Shown here: piece by piece, positions 1-9,694 of the stretch
How the letters are laid out: each line of letters starts with the position of its first letter
Numbering within the stretch: position 1 is the stretch's first letter
Assembly: GCA_900542575.1 (NCBI GenBank)
Contig: UQOE01000005.1
Coordinates: 43,967-107,966 of the forward strand
Direction of reading: 5' to 3'
DNA length: 64,000 bases
DNA from: an uncultured Oscillospiraceae bacterium
GTDB taxonomy: Bacteria > Bacillota > Clostridia > Oscillospirales > Acutalibacteraceae
Notes under the pieces: generated by a model
Seen by the model: only the letters and a program-made list of their open reading frames with translations
Databases searched by the model: none
What the model was told of the DNA's origin: nothing
Program-made: the position numbers and the translations under genes

Positions 1-247
1 CAGTATTGACACAGATGGCGTCAAAAAAGGCTTTGACCTGGAAATGCTGGATGCGGTCTGCAATGCCGTCAATGTCCCGGTGATCGCCTCCGGAGGAGCC
101 GGCTGCGAACAGGATTTCGTGGAGCTCTTCCATACCCTTCCGCGGGTCGATGCTGGCCTTGCGGCCTCCATTTTCCATTTCAAAGAGGTGGAGATCCCGC
201 ATCTGAAACAGACGCTTCGCGACAATGACATTAATGTAAGACTCTAA
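1..247 (+). CDS. hisF: Imidazole glycerol phosphate synthase cyclase subunit HisF, C-terminal fragment (5' end outside window)
   Basis: The frame is open from the window edge. The C-terminal peptide ...VPVIASGGAG...DFVELF...AASIFHF is typical of the HisF TIM-barrel end. hisI follows directly. Confidence 0.8.
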   Translation, partial: SIDTDGVKKGFDLEMLDAVCNAVNVPVIASGGAGCEQDFVELFHTLPRVDAGLAASIFHFKEVEIPHLKQTLRDNDINVRL

Positions 248-261
248 GGAGGCAACCGCAC

Positions 262-618
262 ATGGCAGTGGAAGACGCCGCTTTTTCGCTCGATGAACTG
301 AAATTTGACGAGAAGGGACTGATCCCCGCTATCGTCGTGGACAACACGTCCGGTGAAGTCCTGACGCTGGCCTATATGAACCGGGAAAGTCTGGAAATCT
401 CGCTGAACCGGGAACTGACCTGCTTCTGGTCCCGCTCCCGCCAGGAGCTCTGGCTGAAAGGGGAGACCAGCAAAAACTATCAGCATATCGTCTCCATCGT
501 CGCCGACTGCGACAAAGATGCACTGGTGGTACGAGTCAACAAAGAGGGCCCGGCGTGCCACACCGGTGCCGAATCCTGTTTCCATAATCCGCTGTTTACC
601 AGCCGTACCAATCGGTAG
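262..618 (+). CDS. hisI: Phosphoribosyl-AMP cyclohydrolase
   Basis: 118-aa ORF with HisI-like motifs (LIPAIVVD, WSRSRQELW, CD.DALV) and several Cys/His. Sits between hisF and the histidinol phosphatase. Confidence 0.85.
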   Translation: MAVEDAAFSLDELKFDEKGLIPAIVVDNTSGEVLTLAYMNRESLEISLNRELTCFWSRSRQELWLKGETSKNYQHIVSIVADCDKDALVVRVNKEGPACHTGAESCFHNPLFTSRTNR

Positions 619-626
619 GTATTCCT

Positions 627-1451
627 ATGAAGTACTGTAATTATCACATGCACACCACATTCTGCGACGGTGCCAATACAGCCAAAGAGATGACCGAGGC
701 CGCCCTTGCAGCCGGCTGCGAAGAGATCGGATTTTCCGGCCACTCCTACCTGCCGTTTGACCCCTCCTGGACCATGTCCCCGGAGACCGCGACTGCCTAT
801 CGGCAGTGCATCGGCGACTTGAAGGAGCACTATGCTGACTGCATTTCAATCCGCCTTGGAATTGAGCAGGATCTCTGTTCCGACCCCTCCGATCTCGGGC
901 TCTATGAATATGTCATCGGCAGCGTCCACTGCGTTTTCCGGGAGGAGCATTACATTTCGGTCGATGCCTCGGCCAGGACTATGAAACAGGGGATAGACCA
1001 GTGGTACGGCGGCGACGTCTATGCATTTGTGAATGATTACTATAAGAGCGTGGCACAGGTGTACAGAAAAACCCATTGTCAGATTGTCGGCCACTTCGAT
1101 CTCGTCACCAAATTTATCGAGCAGGCTGATTTCCTGGACATTACTGACCCGCGCTATTGCCGCGCTGCAGATCGGGCACTGGAAGAACTCATGGCCCAGC
1201 CTGTTGCATTTGAACTGAACACCGGTGCTATTTCCCGGGGCTATCGCACAGCTCCTTATCCGGATGAGCGAATTCTCGCTCAGCTGGGAGAGGCGGGACG
1301 CCCGGTTCTCTTCTCCTCAGATGCCCATCGGGCCGGGGATATTCTTTTCGGGCTCGACGACGCAAAACGTCTGGCAGATACGTATAAGCTGAATCTGTTT
1401 GATGATCTCGACACTCTGCTGCAATGGCAGAAAATGCAGCCGCAATATTGA
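627..1451 (+). CDS. hisK: Histidinol-phosphatase, PHP family (HisJ/HisK type)
   Basis: N-terminal HMHTTFCDG motif and GFSGHSY PHP-domain signature, in his-operon context. Confidence 0.85.
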   Translation: MKYCNYHMHTTFCDGANTAKEMTEAALAAGCEEIGFSGHSYLPFDPSWTMSPETATAYRQCIGDLKEHYADCISIRLGIEQDLCSDPSDLGLYEYVIGSVHCVFREEHYISVDASARTMKQGIDQWYGGDVYAFVNDYYKSVAQVYRKTHCQIVGHFDLVTKFIEQADFLDITDPRYCRAADRALEELMAQPVAFELNTGAISRGYRTAPYPDERILAQLGEAGRPVLFSSDAHRAGDILFGLDDAKRLADTYKLNLFDDLDTLLQWQKMQPQY

Positions 1452-1490
1452 ATTTTGAGGTTGTGTGTGATACGATAACAACGTTGTTTC

Positions 1491-1577
1491 GCTGGTTTGG
1501 CGAAATTGGCAGACGCAAGGGACTTAAAATCCCTCGGTGGCAACACCGTACCGGTTCAAGTCCGGTAACCAGCACCA
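1491..1577 (+). tRNA. tRNA-Leu (anticodon UAA), class II with long variable arm, CCA encoded
   Basis: Acceptor stem GCTGGTT/AACCAGC. D-arm GCGAAATTGGCAGACGC. Anticodon loop CTTAAAA. Long variable arm. T-arm ACCGGTTCAAGTCCGGT. 3' ACCA. Confidence 0.85.
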
Positions 1578-1578
1578 A

Positions 1579-1612
1579 AGTGCTCCCGAAGCCGGGAGCA
1601 CTTTTCTTTTTT
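1579..1612 (+). terminator. Rho-independent terminator after tRNA-Leu
   Basis: Hairpin GTGCTCCCG-aag-CGGGAGCAC followed by TTTTCTTTTTT. Confidence 0.8.
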
Positions 1613-1667
1613 ATATTCTTATGCTAAAATTGCCTAATGTAGCGAAACCATAGAGGAGCATCTGCAA

Positions 1668-2483
1668 ATGAGTCTTTTTCATACCAATAAGCGCGCAGGA
1701 GAGCTGGACGCCAGCGACCAGGTTTTCTATGAATATCGGGAATATTTTTCGAAAAAACCGGTCCTCGTCACCTGTGACATGAACTTTGTCAACACCCTGC
1801 CCAACGGGGTGCGCCCGTTCTGCGTCAAAGTGCAGATGCAGGTCTACACGGACAGCAGCAATCCAGACCTTGTCAGCGACATTGAAATTCAGCATCTCTC
1901 CTCGGTCCGCACGTTGCTCGGCGACCACATCGGCGGACGCTTTGTCGGTCAGGCCATTGTCGGTTCGCAGAACCTTGCCTTCTTTATCTACTATATTCCG
2001 GAACGCATGGTCAAACAGGCGAAACAGATGCTGGCCACAGCCCTGACCGGGTCATTCCGCCATACCGACTATGCGGTCACTTACGACCCGGACGGCAATG
2101 AATACAAGAAATATCTCTATCCGAATACGCTTCAGATCAAACAGGTGGAGAACACCAAAATTTTGAATACGCTGATCGGTTATGGCGACGACGGCACAAA
2201 GCCCCGTCCGGTAGAATTTCATATCATCTTTCCAAATAAGAAAGCAGCAATGGATTTCTATACGGAGAGTGCGGAGAAATCCTTCCGCCTCGGAAATATA
2301 GAAGAACAGCCGGCTCCGGAAGGGCTCGTTCTTCCGCGCTATCGGCTGACGATTGAACGGGATCTCCCGTTTGACATTGAGCTTCTGGACCGGGTCGATG
2401 AATATTTGCTGGACCTGGCCGAAAAATATGAGGGCGACTATCAGTCGCTGGAGACCGACATCGTATCGGAAGATGAGGATTGA
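1668..2483 (+). CDS. DUF695 / RraB-like (regulator of RNase activity B family) two-domain protein
   Basis: 271-aa ORF with an acidic C-terminus. The N-terminal half resembles DUF695 and the C-terminal half resembles RraB-like proteins; this is from memory of those families, not a search. Confidence 0.5.
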   Translation: MSLFHTNKRAGELDASDQVFYEYREYFSKKPVLVTCDMNFVNTLPNGVRPFCVKVQMQVYTDSSNPDLVSDIEIQHLSSVRTLLGDHIGGRFVGQAIVGSQNLAFFIYYIPERMVKQAKQMLATALTGSFRHTDYAVTYDPDGNEYKKYLYPNTLQIKQVENTKILNTLIGYGDDGTKPRPVEFHIIFPNKKAAMDFYTESAEKSFRLGNIEEQPAPEGLVLPRYRLTIERDLPFDIELLDRVDEYLLDLAEKYEGDYQSLETDIVSEDED

Positions 2484-2590
2484 TGTCCTGCAGGAGAATT
2501 CTGCTCCAATTCACGGCACGGTTGCAATTTGTTCAAATTCTTTGACTATATTCTTTTCATGAATTTTATCTCTGCAAAGGAGTTTATACT

Positions 2591-3193
2591 ATGACCATCA
2601 ATCAGACTGAAGCACCAAAGAGTGGCGACACCGTCGCAACCATCCAAACGACCATGGGGCCCATTAAAGTCAAATTCTTTCCGGAGGAGACGCCGAAGAC
2701 ATTTGAGAACTTCACGACCCATGCCAAAAACGGCTATTATGACGGCATTATCTTTCACCGCGTCATCAAAGACTTTATGATTCAGGGCGGCGACCCGCAG
2801 GGCACCGGCATGGGCGGTGAGAGCATCTGGGGCAAACCGTTTGTCGACGAGTTTCATCCGGAACTCCACAATATCCGCGGTGCCTTGTGCATGGCCAATG
2901 CCGGTCCGAATACCAATGGAAGTCAGTTCTTCATTGTTCAGGCAGACTCCTGCGACCCCGGCTTCATCGGACAGATGGAACAGCTCAAAGACAGCGGCTT
3001 TTCCCAGCAGGTCATTGACAATTATAAGGAGCTTGGCGGCACTCCGTGGCTGGACTTTCACCACACGGTCTTCGGTCAGGTCTATGACGGAATGGACGTA
3101 GTTGACGCCATTGCCAATGTGGACACCGACGGCAGCGACCGCCCGCTGGAGGACGTCAAAATCGTCTCTGTCGACGTGGAAACCCTTGCATAA
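2591..3193 (+). CDS. ppiB: Peptidyl-prolyl cis-trans isomerase, cyclophilin type
   Basis: Cyclophilin motifs [15 protein letters not shown] and GSQFFI. An RBS lies upstream. Confidence 0.9.
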   Translation: MTINQTEAPKSGDTVATIQTTMGPIKVKFFPEETPKTFENFTTHAKNGYYDGIIFHRVIKDFMIQGGDPQGTGMGGESIWGKPFVDEFHPELHNIRGALCMANAGPNTNGSQFFIVQADSCDPGFIGQMEQLKDSGFSQQVIDNYKELGGTPWLDFHHTVFGQVYDGMDVVDAIANVDTDGSDRPLEDVKIVSVDVETLA

Positions 3194-3210
3194 GAGAGGA
3201 ATCTGAACTT

Positions 3211-3693
3211 ATGATGCGAATCGGCCACGGCTATGACGTCCATGCATTTGCAGAAGGACGGAAACTTATCCTCGGCGGCGTGGAAATTCCCTATGAAGTG
3301 GGCCTGCTTGGTCACTCCGACGCAGATGTCCTGCTCCATGCCGTCTCAGATGCGCTGCTCGGCGCAGCCGGCGACGGAGACATCGGAGGCATGTTCCCGG
3401 ACAACGACGACCGTTTTCTCGGTGCGGACAGTCTGGTCATGCTGGAACAGGTTGTCCGGCGGCTTGAGGCGGAAGGATACCGTATTGGAAATATCGACGC
3501 CACCGTCATTGCACAGGCCCCGAAGCTCGCACCCTTTATCGGGCAAATGCGTGACATTATTGCACAGGTCTGCGGAATCGCTCCGTCTTATGTGAATGTC
3601 AAGGCGACAACGGAGGAACATCTCGGTTTCACCGGCCGGAAAGAGGGCATTTCGGCCCACGCCGTCGCTCTTATTGCGCCAAAAGAATCGTAA
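3211..3693 (+). CDS. ispF: 2-C-methyl-D-erythritol 2,4-cyclodiphosphate synthase
   Basis: IspF motifs [20 protein letters not shown] and DIGG. Confidence 0.9.
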   Translation: MMRIGHGYDVHAFAEGRKLILGGVEIPYEVGLLGHSDADVLLHAVSDALLGAAGDGDIGGMFPDNDDRFLGADSLVMLEQVVRRLEAEGYRIGNIDATVIAQAPKLAPFIGQMRDIIAQVCGIAPSYVNVKATTEEHLGFTGRKEGISAHAVALIAPKES

Positions 3694-3779
3694 ATCCAGG
3701 CCGTCCCTCCACGGAACGCCTTTTGGTCTTTTTTATCACCCATGAATTTGTAACTGGAAAGGGGGCAGAAGGGTTCCGC

Positions 3780-4709
3780 ATGAATGATCTTCCCACTATC
3801 TGGAGCCGCATCGTCAGCGTCTTTTTTACCTACAACTGGCTGAGTGATACCCTGGACATTCTGCTCCTTGCGGTCACATTTTATTATATTCTGAAGTTAA
3901 TTCGGGACACACGTGCCATTACAGTGGCCAAAGGAATCCTGTTTTTTATTCTCGCCTATGTCGTGGTTCTGCTTCTCGACATGAAATCGAGCATCTTTAT
4001 CTTTAAGCAGATTTTCAACAACATCCTGGTCATTTTGATTATTCTGTTTGCGCCGGAATTGCGAAAAATGCTGGAAAAAATCGGCACGAACCGCTCGTTT
4101 ATGAGGGTATCCGGCCTGTTTGGGAAAGGTCCCTCTCAAAAGACGCTCCAGTACAACAACGATGTGACCAGAGCGGTCAACTCCGTCGTCAAAGCAACCA
4201 CCGATATGAGCGAAAAGAAAATCGGAGCGCTGATTATTTTTGAAAAGGACATGCCTCTCGGCGAAATCATCGGCACCGGGACAGTGGTCGACGCGAAGAT
4301 CAGTTCTCAGCTCATCGGCAATATTTTCTATCCGAAATCGCCTCTCCACGACGGGGCAGCGGTTATCCGCAACAACCGGCTTTATGCCGCCGGATGTATT
4401 CTTCCGCTGACGGACCGCAACCGGGAGGTCGCGAAAGAGCTTGGAACCCGTCATCGTGCCGCCATCGGCATGAGTGAACAGAGCGACGCGCTGGTGCTTG
4501 TCGTCTCCGAGGAGACCGGTGCGGTCTCCATTGCCGAGGGAGGGAGTCTGTATCGAGACCTCTCAGACGGCGAAGTGCGGGAACGTCTGTTGAATGCCTT
4601 CCTTATCCCCATACCGGACGAGGAGCGTCCGAAAAAGGAGCAGAGGAAACTGCGTCGTATTCGCAGAAATTCGGAATCGAGCGGAGGGAATGACCATGGA
4701 GAGCAATAA
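3780..4709 (+). CDS. cdaA: Diadenylate cyclase CdaA (c-di-AMP synthase)
   Basis: Three N-terminal TM helices followed by a DisA_N/DAC domain (GALIIFE, DGAAVI, RHRAA, SEETG). ATG at 3780 follows a GGGGG RBS; the longer ORF from 3723 has no RBS. Confidence 0.9.
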   Translation: MNDLPTIWSRIVSVFFTYNWLSDTLDILLLAVTFYYILKLIRDTRAITVAKGILFFILAYVVVLLLDMKSSIFIFKQIFNNILVILIILFAPELRKMLEKIGTNRSFMRVSGLFGKGPSQKTLQYNNDVTRAVNSVVKATTDMSEKKIGALIIFEKDMPLGEIIGTGTVVDAKISSQLIGNIFYPKSPLHDGAAVIRNNRLYAAGCILPLTDRNREVAKELGTRHRAAIGMSEQSDALVLVVSEETGAVSIAEGGSLYRDLSDGEVRERLLNAFLIPIPDEERPKKEQRKLRRIRRNSESSGGNDHGEQ

Positions 4710-5976
4710 TCGTGCCCGCCTGTCGTCGTTCCTGAACAATCGACGGGCTCTGATCATCATTTCGGTTCTGCTGGCGGTTATTACCTGGCTCGCCATCTCC
4801 ATCAATGAATCGCCCGAGGTGGAGCGCACCGTCAAGGGGGTTCGCGTTCAGGTGGATGAGAGTCTCCCGAGCCAGCTGGGGTATCAGGCGTTCGGCGCCG
4901 ACAATCTGACCGTTGATGTCACGGTCCGCGGCAAACGGTACGAAGTCGGGGACAACGTGCTCTCCGCCAACGATATCCGCGTCGTCGCAGTAACTTCCTA
5001 TGTCGACGCGGCCGGACAATACACCCTCCAGCTGCGTGCTACAGCGAAAGATCCGAATGCAAACTATACCATCATCTCCAAGTCCCGGGACTTCATCGAG
5101 GTCTATTTTGACACGCCGAAGACCAAGGATATTGCGCTGGAACCGGTGGTCAACCGCAGCAGAAGGCTGCTGGACAGCAATGAGTACATGACGGCCGACC
5201 CGGTGCTCTCACGCAATAAGCTCACCATTTACGGTCCCACAACGGAGATCGACAAAATTGAGCACGCCTATGCGGTGGTCAGCACCGACGGCCATCTCCG
5301 GAAGCCGGAGACCCAGCAGGCAAGCATTCGCTTTGCCGACAAGGGCGGGAACACCGTTCGGCGCTATATTCAGAACCGAACCGGTCCGGTGACCTTGACA
5401 ATTCCGGTCTATCGGAAGACACGCATGCCCGTCAGTGTGGACTTCTCCAATGTGCCGTCCGCCTATACGGACGAGCTGCCCGGCTTTAAAATCAGTCCGG
5501 CCAGCATCGACGTCGGTGTAGACCCGACCAAGCTGCGGGACATGGACAGCATCTCCCTCGGCACCATCGACTTCAGCCGTCTGACAACCGGTACCAATAC
5601 ATTTACATTCTCTTCCTCGGACATTACGGACGGAATTCCGCTGAAAAAAGAACAGACCTATACGGTGACGGTTAATGTGGAAGATATGACGACCCGGGAG
5701 GTTACGCTGGACCTCAGCCGTACCCGGTTCCAGAATGTTCCGGCGGGGTATCAGGTCAGCCAGCCGAATACCTCCATTACCCTGACGCTGGTCGGGCCGG
5801 CAGAGGATCTCCAGAAGATTAAGGCCTCTGACCTCTCGGCAGTCGCCGACCTCAAAAATGTAAATCTGACCGAGGGCGAAAATGATATTCCGCTCCGTAT
5901 TCTGGTCAACAGCGACACCTGCTGGTCCTATGGTACCCATACCGCTGCTGTCACAGCAAAAAAATTGGTAAACTGA
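4690..5976 (+). CDS. cdaR: CdaA regulatory protein CdaR (YbbR-like domains)
   Basis: Overlaps the cdaA stop, so likely translationally coupled. Has an N-terminal TM and repeated YbbR-like beta-rich segments. Conserved position right after cdaA. Confidence 0.8.
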   Translation: MTMESNNRARLSSFLNNRRALIIISVLLAVITWLAISINESPEVERTVKGVRVQVDESLPSQLGYQAFGADNLTVDVTVRGKRYEVGDNVLSANDIRVVAVTSYVDAAGQYTLQLRATAKDPNANYTIISKSRDFIEVYFDTPKTKDIALEPVVNRSRRLLDSNEYMTADPVLSRNKLTIYGPTTEIDKIEHAYAVVSTDGHLRKPETQQASIRFADKGGNTVRRYIQNRTGPVTLTIPVYRKTRMPVSVDFSNVPSAYTDELPGFKISPASIDVGVDPTKLRDMDSISLGTIDFSRLTTGTNTFTFSSSDITDGIPLKKEQTYTVTVNVEDMTTREVTLDLSRTRFQNVPAGYQVSQPNTSITLTLVGPAEDLQKIKASDLSAVADLKNVNLTEGENDIPLRILVNSDTCWSYGTHTAAVTAKKLVN

Positions 5977-6001
5977 TATCCGTGAGGAGGAACGCACAGA
6001 A

Positions 6002-7351
6002 ATGAAAAAGCATATTATTGCCATTGTTGTCTCTGCGGTCACGTTTCTCCTCATCTTTCTGTTTTTCTCTTTCCACTTCAAAAATGCCGGAAATGCCGTC
6101 ACGCCGCCTGCACAGAGCGAGGAAAACCAGGAAATTCTGGAGGCTTTCCAGAACTCAATCGGGCAGCGCACGTCCTACCAGCTGCAGTTTCCACGCTCCG
6201 GCTCCTACCGCAATGCCTTCATCAAAGTAGATCTGGACGGGGACGGGCAGAATGAGGTCCTGGCTTTTTACACGACACCGGCTACAGAGTCCCTGACCCG
6301 CATCAATGTTTTGGACAAACAGGATGACAAATGGGTCAGTGTCCTGGACCAGGAGGGCTACGGTGCCGCCATCAATTCGGTTGATATCGACGACCTGAAC
6401 AACGACCATGTCCCCGAGGTCATATTGACATGGGACAAGGGCTTCAGCAATGAAGTGCGGACGCTGACCGTTCAGGAGTTTTCCGTGGACCGGCACTCCA
6501 ATCTGCAGATGGATCTTCTCCTGGACCAGGACTACAAATACATGGGACTGGCCGATATGGACGGCGACGCCAGGAATGAGCTGCTTGTGGTCTGGCCGAA
6601 GACAGAAAATTCTGTGGAGCGCACATATGCGTCTTTGTTCAGGATGAACGGCAGAAAAATAGAGGAGTACGGCAAACGGGCTGTGCTTGACAGCGAAGTC
6701 TCCGGCTATGCATCTCTGAAGTTCCAGAAGAGCGGCGGGCGCAACATCGCCATGCTGGATGCCACCAAAGGGGAAAATGGGATGATCACGGAGGTTATCT
6801 GGTGGGATAAGCAGAAGCAGGCGCTGGTGGCGCCGTTTACGGACAACGACAATCTGCGGAACACCGCGACCTATCGGTCGGTGAAAATTCCCTGCCGGGA
6901 TATCAACGGCGACTCCAAAATTGACATCCCCGTCGCAGAGTCCGGCGGCCTGCCGGCAAAAACCGGGAGCGACGAGACCCCGCTTGCAAGGATCTGCTGG
7001 TATCAGGTTTCCGTGAAAGGGGAACAGGCACAGCTGCTCCCACAGAACTACTCTTTTGTAGATACTGCAAACCACTATGTTTTTCTCATACCGTATCGCC
7101 TGCGCAGACAGATTGTGGCTGCCCGCAGTACGGCCGGAGTCTCCACTTTCTACCGCGCACAGGCAGGGGGCGCAGAAGGGCAGCCTCTGTTCAGCATTGT
7201 GGTTAAACAGCAGTCCAGCATGACAAAAGCAGATACTTATACATTCCGGGTGAACCACGGCAGTACCGTAGCCTACGGTACACTGACCAACGTCGGTTCC
7301 TCCCTCGGGTTCAGCAATGACAGCATCAGCCAGAGAATTATCTTTTATTAA
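6002..7351 (+). CDS. Membrane-anchored hypothetical protein with three FG-GAP/VCBS-like D-x-D-G-D...E-V-L repeats
   Basis: N-terminal TM helix. Repeats VDLDGDGQNEVLAF, DIDDLNNDHVPEVILTW and ADMDGDARNELLVVW. A GAGGAGG RBS sits 25 nt after the cdaR stop. Confidence 0.6.
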   Translation: MKKHIIAIVVSAVTFLLIFLFFSFHFKNAGNAVTPPAQSEENQEILEAFQNSIGQRTSYQLQFPRSGSYRNAFIKVDLDGDGQNEVLAFYTTPATESLTRINVLDKQDDKWVSVLDQEGYGAAINSVDIDDLNNDHVPEVILTWDKGFSNEVRTLTVQEFSVDRHSNLQMDLLLDQDYKYMGLADMDGDARNELLVVWPKTENSVERTYASLFRMNGRKIEEYGKRAVLDSEVSGYASLKFQKSGGRNIAMLDATKGENGMITEVIWWDKQKQALVAPFTDNDNLRNTATYRSVKIPCRDINGDSKIDIPVAESGGLPAKTGSDETPLARICWYQVSVKGEQAQLLPQNYSFVDTANHYVFLIPYRLRRQIVAARSTAGVSTFYRAQAGGAEGQPLFSIVVKQQSSMTKADTYTFRVNHGSTVAYGTLTNVGSSLGFSNDSISQRIIFY

Positions 7352-7381
7352 AGAAGCAAACCTGAAATTGGGAGTGGTACT

Positions 7382-8092
7382 TTGAAACGGGTTCTGGTTG
7401 CAGAGGATGAGTCTGCAATTCGAGAGTTTATCGTCATCAATTTAAAACGAAGCGGCTATGAGGTCGTGGAGGCGGAGAACGGTGCTCAGGCTCTGCAGCT
7501 CTACGACGCCTGCGGCGGCGATATCGACGTGGTTCTCCTCGACATCATGATGCCCGAGATGGACGGCATTGAGGTATGCAAAGAGCTCCGCAAGCGCAGC
7601 GAGAGTGTCGGAATCATCATTCTGACCGCCAAAACGGAGGAGATGGACAAGGTAACCGGCCTTCTGGTCGGCGCGGACGACTATGTCACCAAGCCCTTCT
7701 CTCCCGCAGAACTTATGGCGCGGGTAGATGCCGTCCACAGACGAGTGCAGATGGTGGAACACAGCGGCGTAACCTCAAAAGATCAGATTGCTCTGGGCGA
7801 GTTTGTACTGGATCTCCGAAGCCGGACTCTGACCAAAAACGGCCGGAGCATTGACCTGACCCAGGTTGAATTCCAGATTATGGAATACTTCTTCCAGAAC
7901 CCCGGTGCTGCTCTTGCCCGGAGGCAGATCCTGGAACATGTCTGGGGCGGAAATTCCGGCAGTTCCTACTACACGGAAGATAAAATAGTAGACGTCAATA
8001 TCCGGCGGCTTCGAAAAAAAATAGAGGATGATCCGTCCTCGCCCAAACACCTCATGACCATTTGGGGTGTTGGGTATAAATGGGTCGTATAA
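7382..8092 (+). CDS. OmpR-family response regulator (receiver + winged-helix)
   Basis: Receiver acidic pocket (AEDE...LLDIMMP) and a C-terminal trans_reg_C domain. TTG start with a GGAG RBS. Confidence 0.85.
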   Translation: MKRVLVAEDESAIREFIVINLKRSGYEVVEAENGAQALQLYDACGGDIDVVLLDIMMPEMDGIEVCKELRKRSESVGIIILTAKTEEMDKVTGLLVGADDYVTKPFSPAELMARVDAVHRRVQMVEHSGVTSKDQIALGEFVLDLRSRTLTKNGRSIDLTQVEFQIMEYFFQNPGAALARRQILEHVWGGNSGSSYYTEDKIVDVNIRRLRKKIEDDPSSPKHLMTIWGVGYKWVV

Positions 8093-8128
8093 TCAGGCAA
8101 TATCCTGGACAGAGAGGAGGGGAGCAGG

Positions 8129-9694
8129 ATGAAGACGGCAATCCGCATGCAGGAGTCGAAGAAAGAAAAAAAGCAGAGAATATCCGGCATTACCCAGCGC
8201 TGGTTCCGTTCCACTCTGCTCACAGTCCTCATCGTCTATTTTATAATGGCCATCACCATCTTTTTCATTGTCCGAAACTACTACTACAGCTCTGTGGAGA
8301 TGAAGCTCAACTCCCAGTTCAACAGTTCGGTCAGCAATTTCTTCACGCAGAGCGGGACCGGCGGCGACTTCACCTTTGAGGACCGTGCGCAGGCCTACAT
8401 TCAGAACTATGACCAGAAAGACAAGGTAGAGGTCTGGATCATCAACTCAGAAGGCAACGTCATCGATTCCTCCAGCGGTTTCTCCGTGGAGCCGCAGTAT
8501 ATCCCCGACTATGAGCAGGCACTCCGGTCTTCCACCCACAGTGCTCAATATACCGGGAAAGATGCAGGCGGGGAAAAGATTATGGCGGAGACCTTCCTGA
8601 TCAGCGACGGAACAACCAACCGCAGCGCTGTGCGGTACATAGTCTCTCTCAAAGAGGTGGATCGCCAGCTCGTAATGATCATGGTTATGCTTCTGATGGT
8701 CTATATCATCCTGTTCCTCCTCGCCATGTTCAGCGGGAGCTATTTTATCAACTCTATTATCAATCCCATCGGGCAGATCAATGAAGTGACCAAGAAGATG
8801 GCAGCGGGAGACATGGATGCCCGTATTGAACCGCAGGAGTACCAGGACGAGATCAGCGAACTCGCCTCCAATATCAACAAAATGGCCGATGAGGTCAATT
8901 CTACCGACAAGATGAAAAACGATTTCATCTCTACCGTCTCCCACGAGATGAAAACCCCGCTGACTGCCATTCAGGGCTGGGCCGAGACCATGCAGGCAGT
9001 GGGCGACAGCGACCCGGCCCTTACCAAGCGCGGCCTGGAGGTTATTGTCTCCGAGTCCGAGCGGCTGACCGGTGTGGTCAACGACCTGCTCGACCTCTCC
9101 AAGCTGGCCAGCGGCCGGCTGACGCTGCGCTACGAAAAAATTGACTACCTCGCGGAGCTGGACCAGACGGTCTACCTGTTTAAGGAACGCTCCATGCGCG
9201 AGGGCATTGAACTCAACTACAACGCGCCCAATATCCCTGCTCCGGCAGAAGGAGACCCGGACCGTATCGATCAGGTCTTTGTCAACATTCTCGACAACGC
9301 GTTTAAATACAATCATCAGGGCGGAAAGATCACCGTTCTCGCTGAAGTTCTCCCGCCAAAATCGGAGGATGACAAAAAGACCGAGCTGAGGATTTATGTA
9401 GAGGATACCGGATGCGGCATTGCTCAGGAGGAGCTGCCGAAAATTCGAAAAAAATTCTACAAATCCAACATCTCGGTCAGCGGCAGCGGAATCGGACTTG
9501 CCGTCGTCGACGAAATTGTCAAGATGCATCACGGATCCATGGACATCCAGAGTGAACTGGGTTCAGGTACCTGCGTCATCCTGAAATTTCCGGTCGACTA
9601 TGTAAAAGTGGAACCGCCGGCCATTCCGGATCTCCCGGAGGCCGCGTCCAGTCAGGAGGATCAACTTGAGCAAAAAACCAACCCCACAGCATAA
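8129..9694 (+). CDS. Sensor histidine kinase (two TM, extracytoplasmic sensor, HAMP, HisKA, HATPase_c)
   Basis: H-box STVSHEMKTPLT. N-box NILDNAFKY. G-boxes DTGCGI and GSGIGLAV. Confidence 0.85.
   Translation: MKTAIRMQESKKEKKQRISGITQRWFRSTLLTVLIVYFIMAITIFFIVRNYYYSSVEMKLNSQFNSSVSNFFTQSGTGGDFTFEDRAQAYIQNYDQKDKVEVWIINSEGNVIDSSSGFSVEPQYIPDYEQALRSSTHSAQYTGKDAGGEKIMAETFLISDGTTNRSAVRYIVSLKEVDRQLVMIMVMLLMVYIILFLLAMFSGSYFINSIINPIGQINEVTKKMAAGDMDARIEPQEYQDEISELASNINKMADEVNSTDKMKNDFISTVSHEMKTPLTAIQGWAETMQAVGDSDPALTKRGLEVIVSESERLTGVVNDLLDLSKLASGRLTLRYEKIDYLAELDQTVYLFKERSMREGIELNYNAPNIPAPAEGDPDRIDQVFVNILDNAFKYNHQGGKITVLAEVLPPKSEDDKKTELRIYVEDTGCGIAQEELPKIRKKFYKSNISVSGSGIGLAVVDEIVKMHHGSMDIQSELGSGTCVILKFPVDYVKVEPPAIPDLPEAASSQEDQLEQKTNPTA

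Noticed and set aside
6155-7258. 367-aa minus-strand ORF antisense to the FG-GAP-like gene
   Set aside because: No RBS or promoter context. Typical high-GC shadow ORF.
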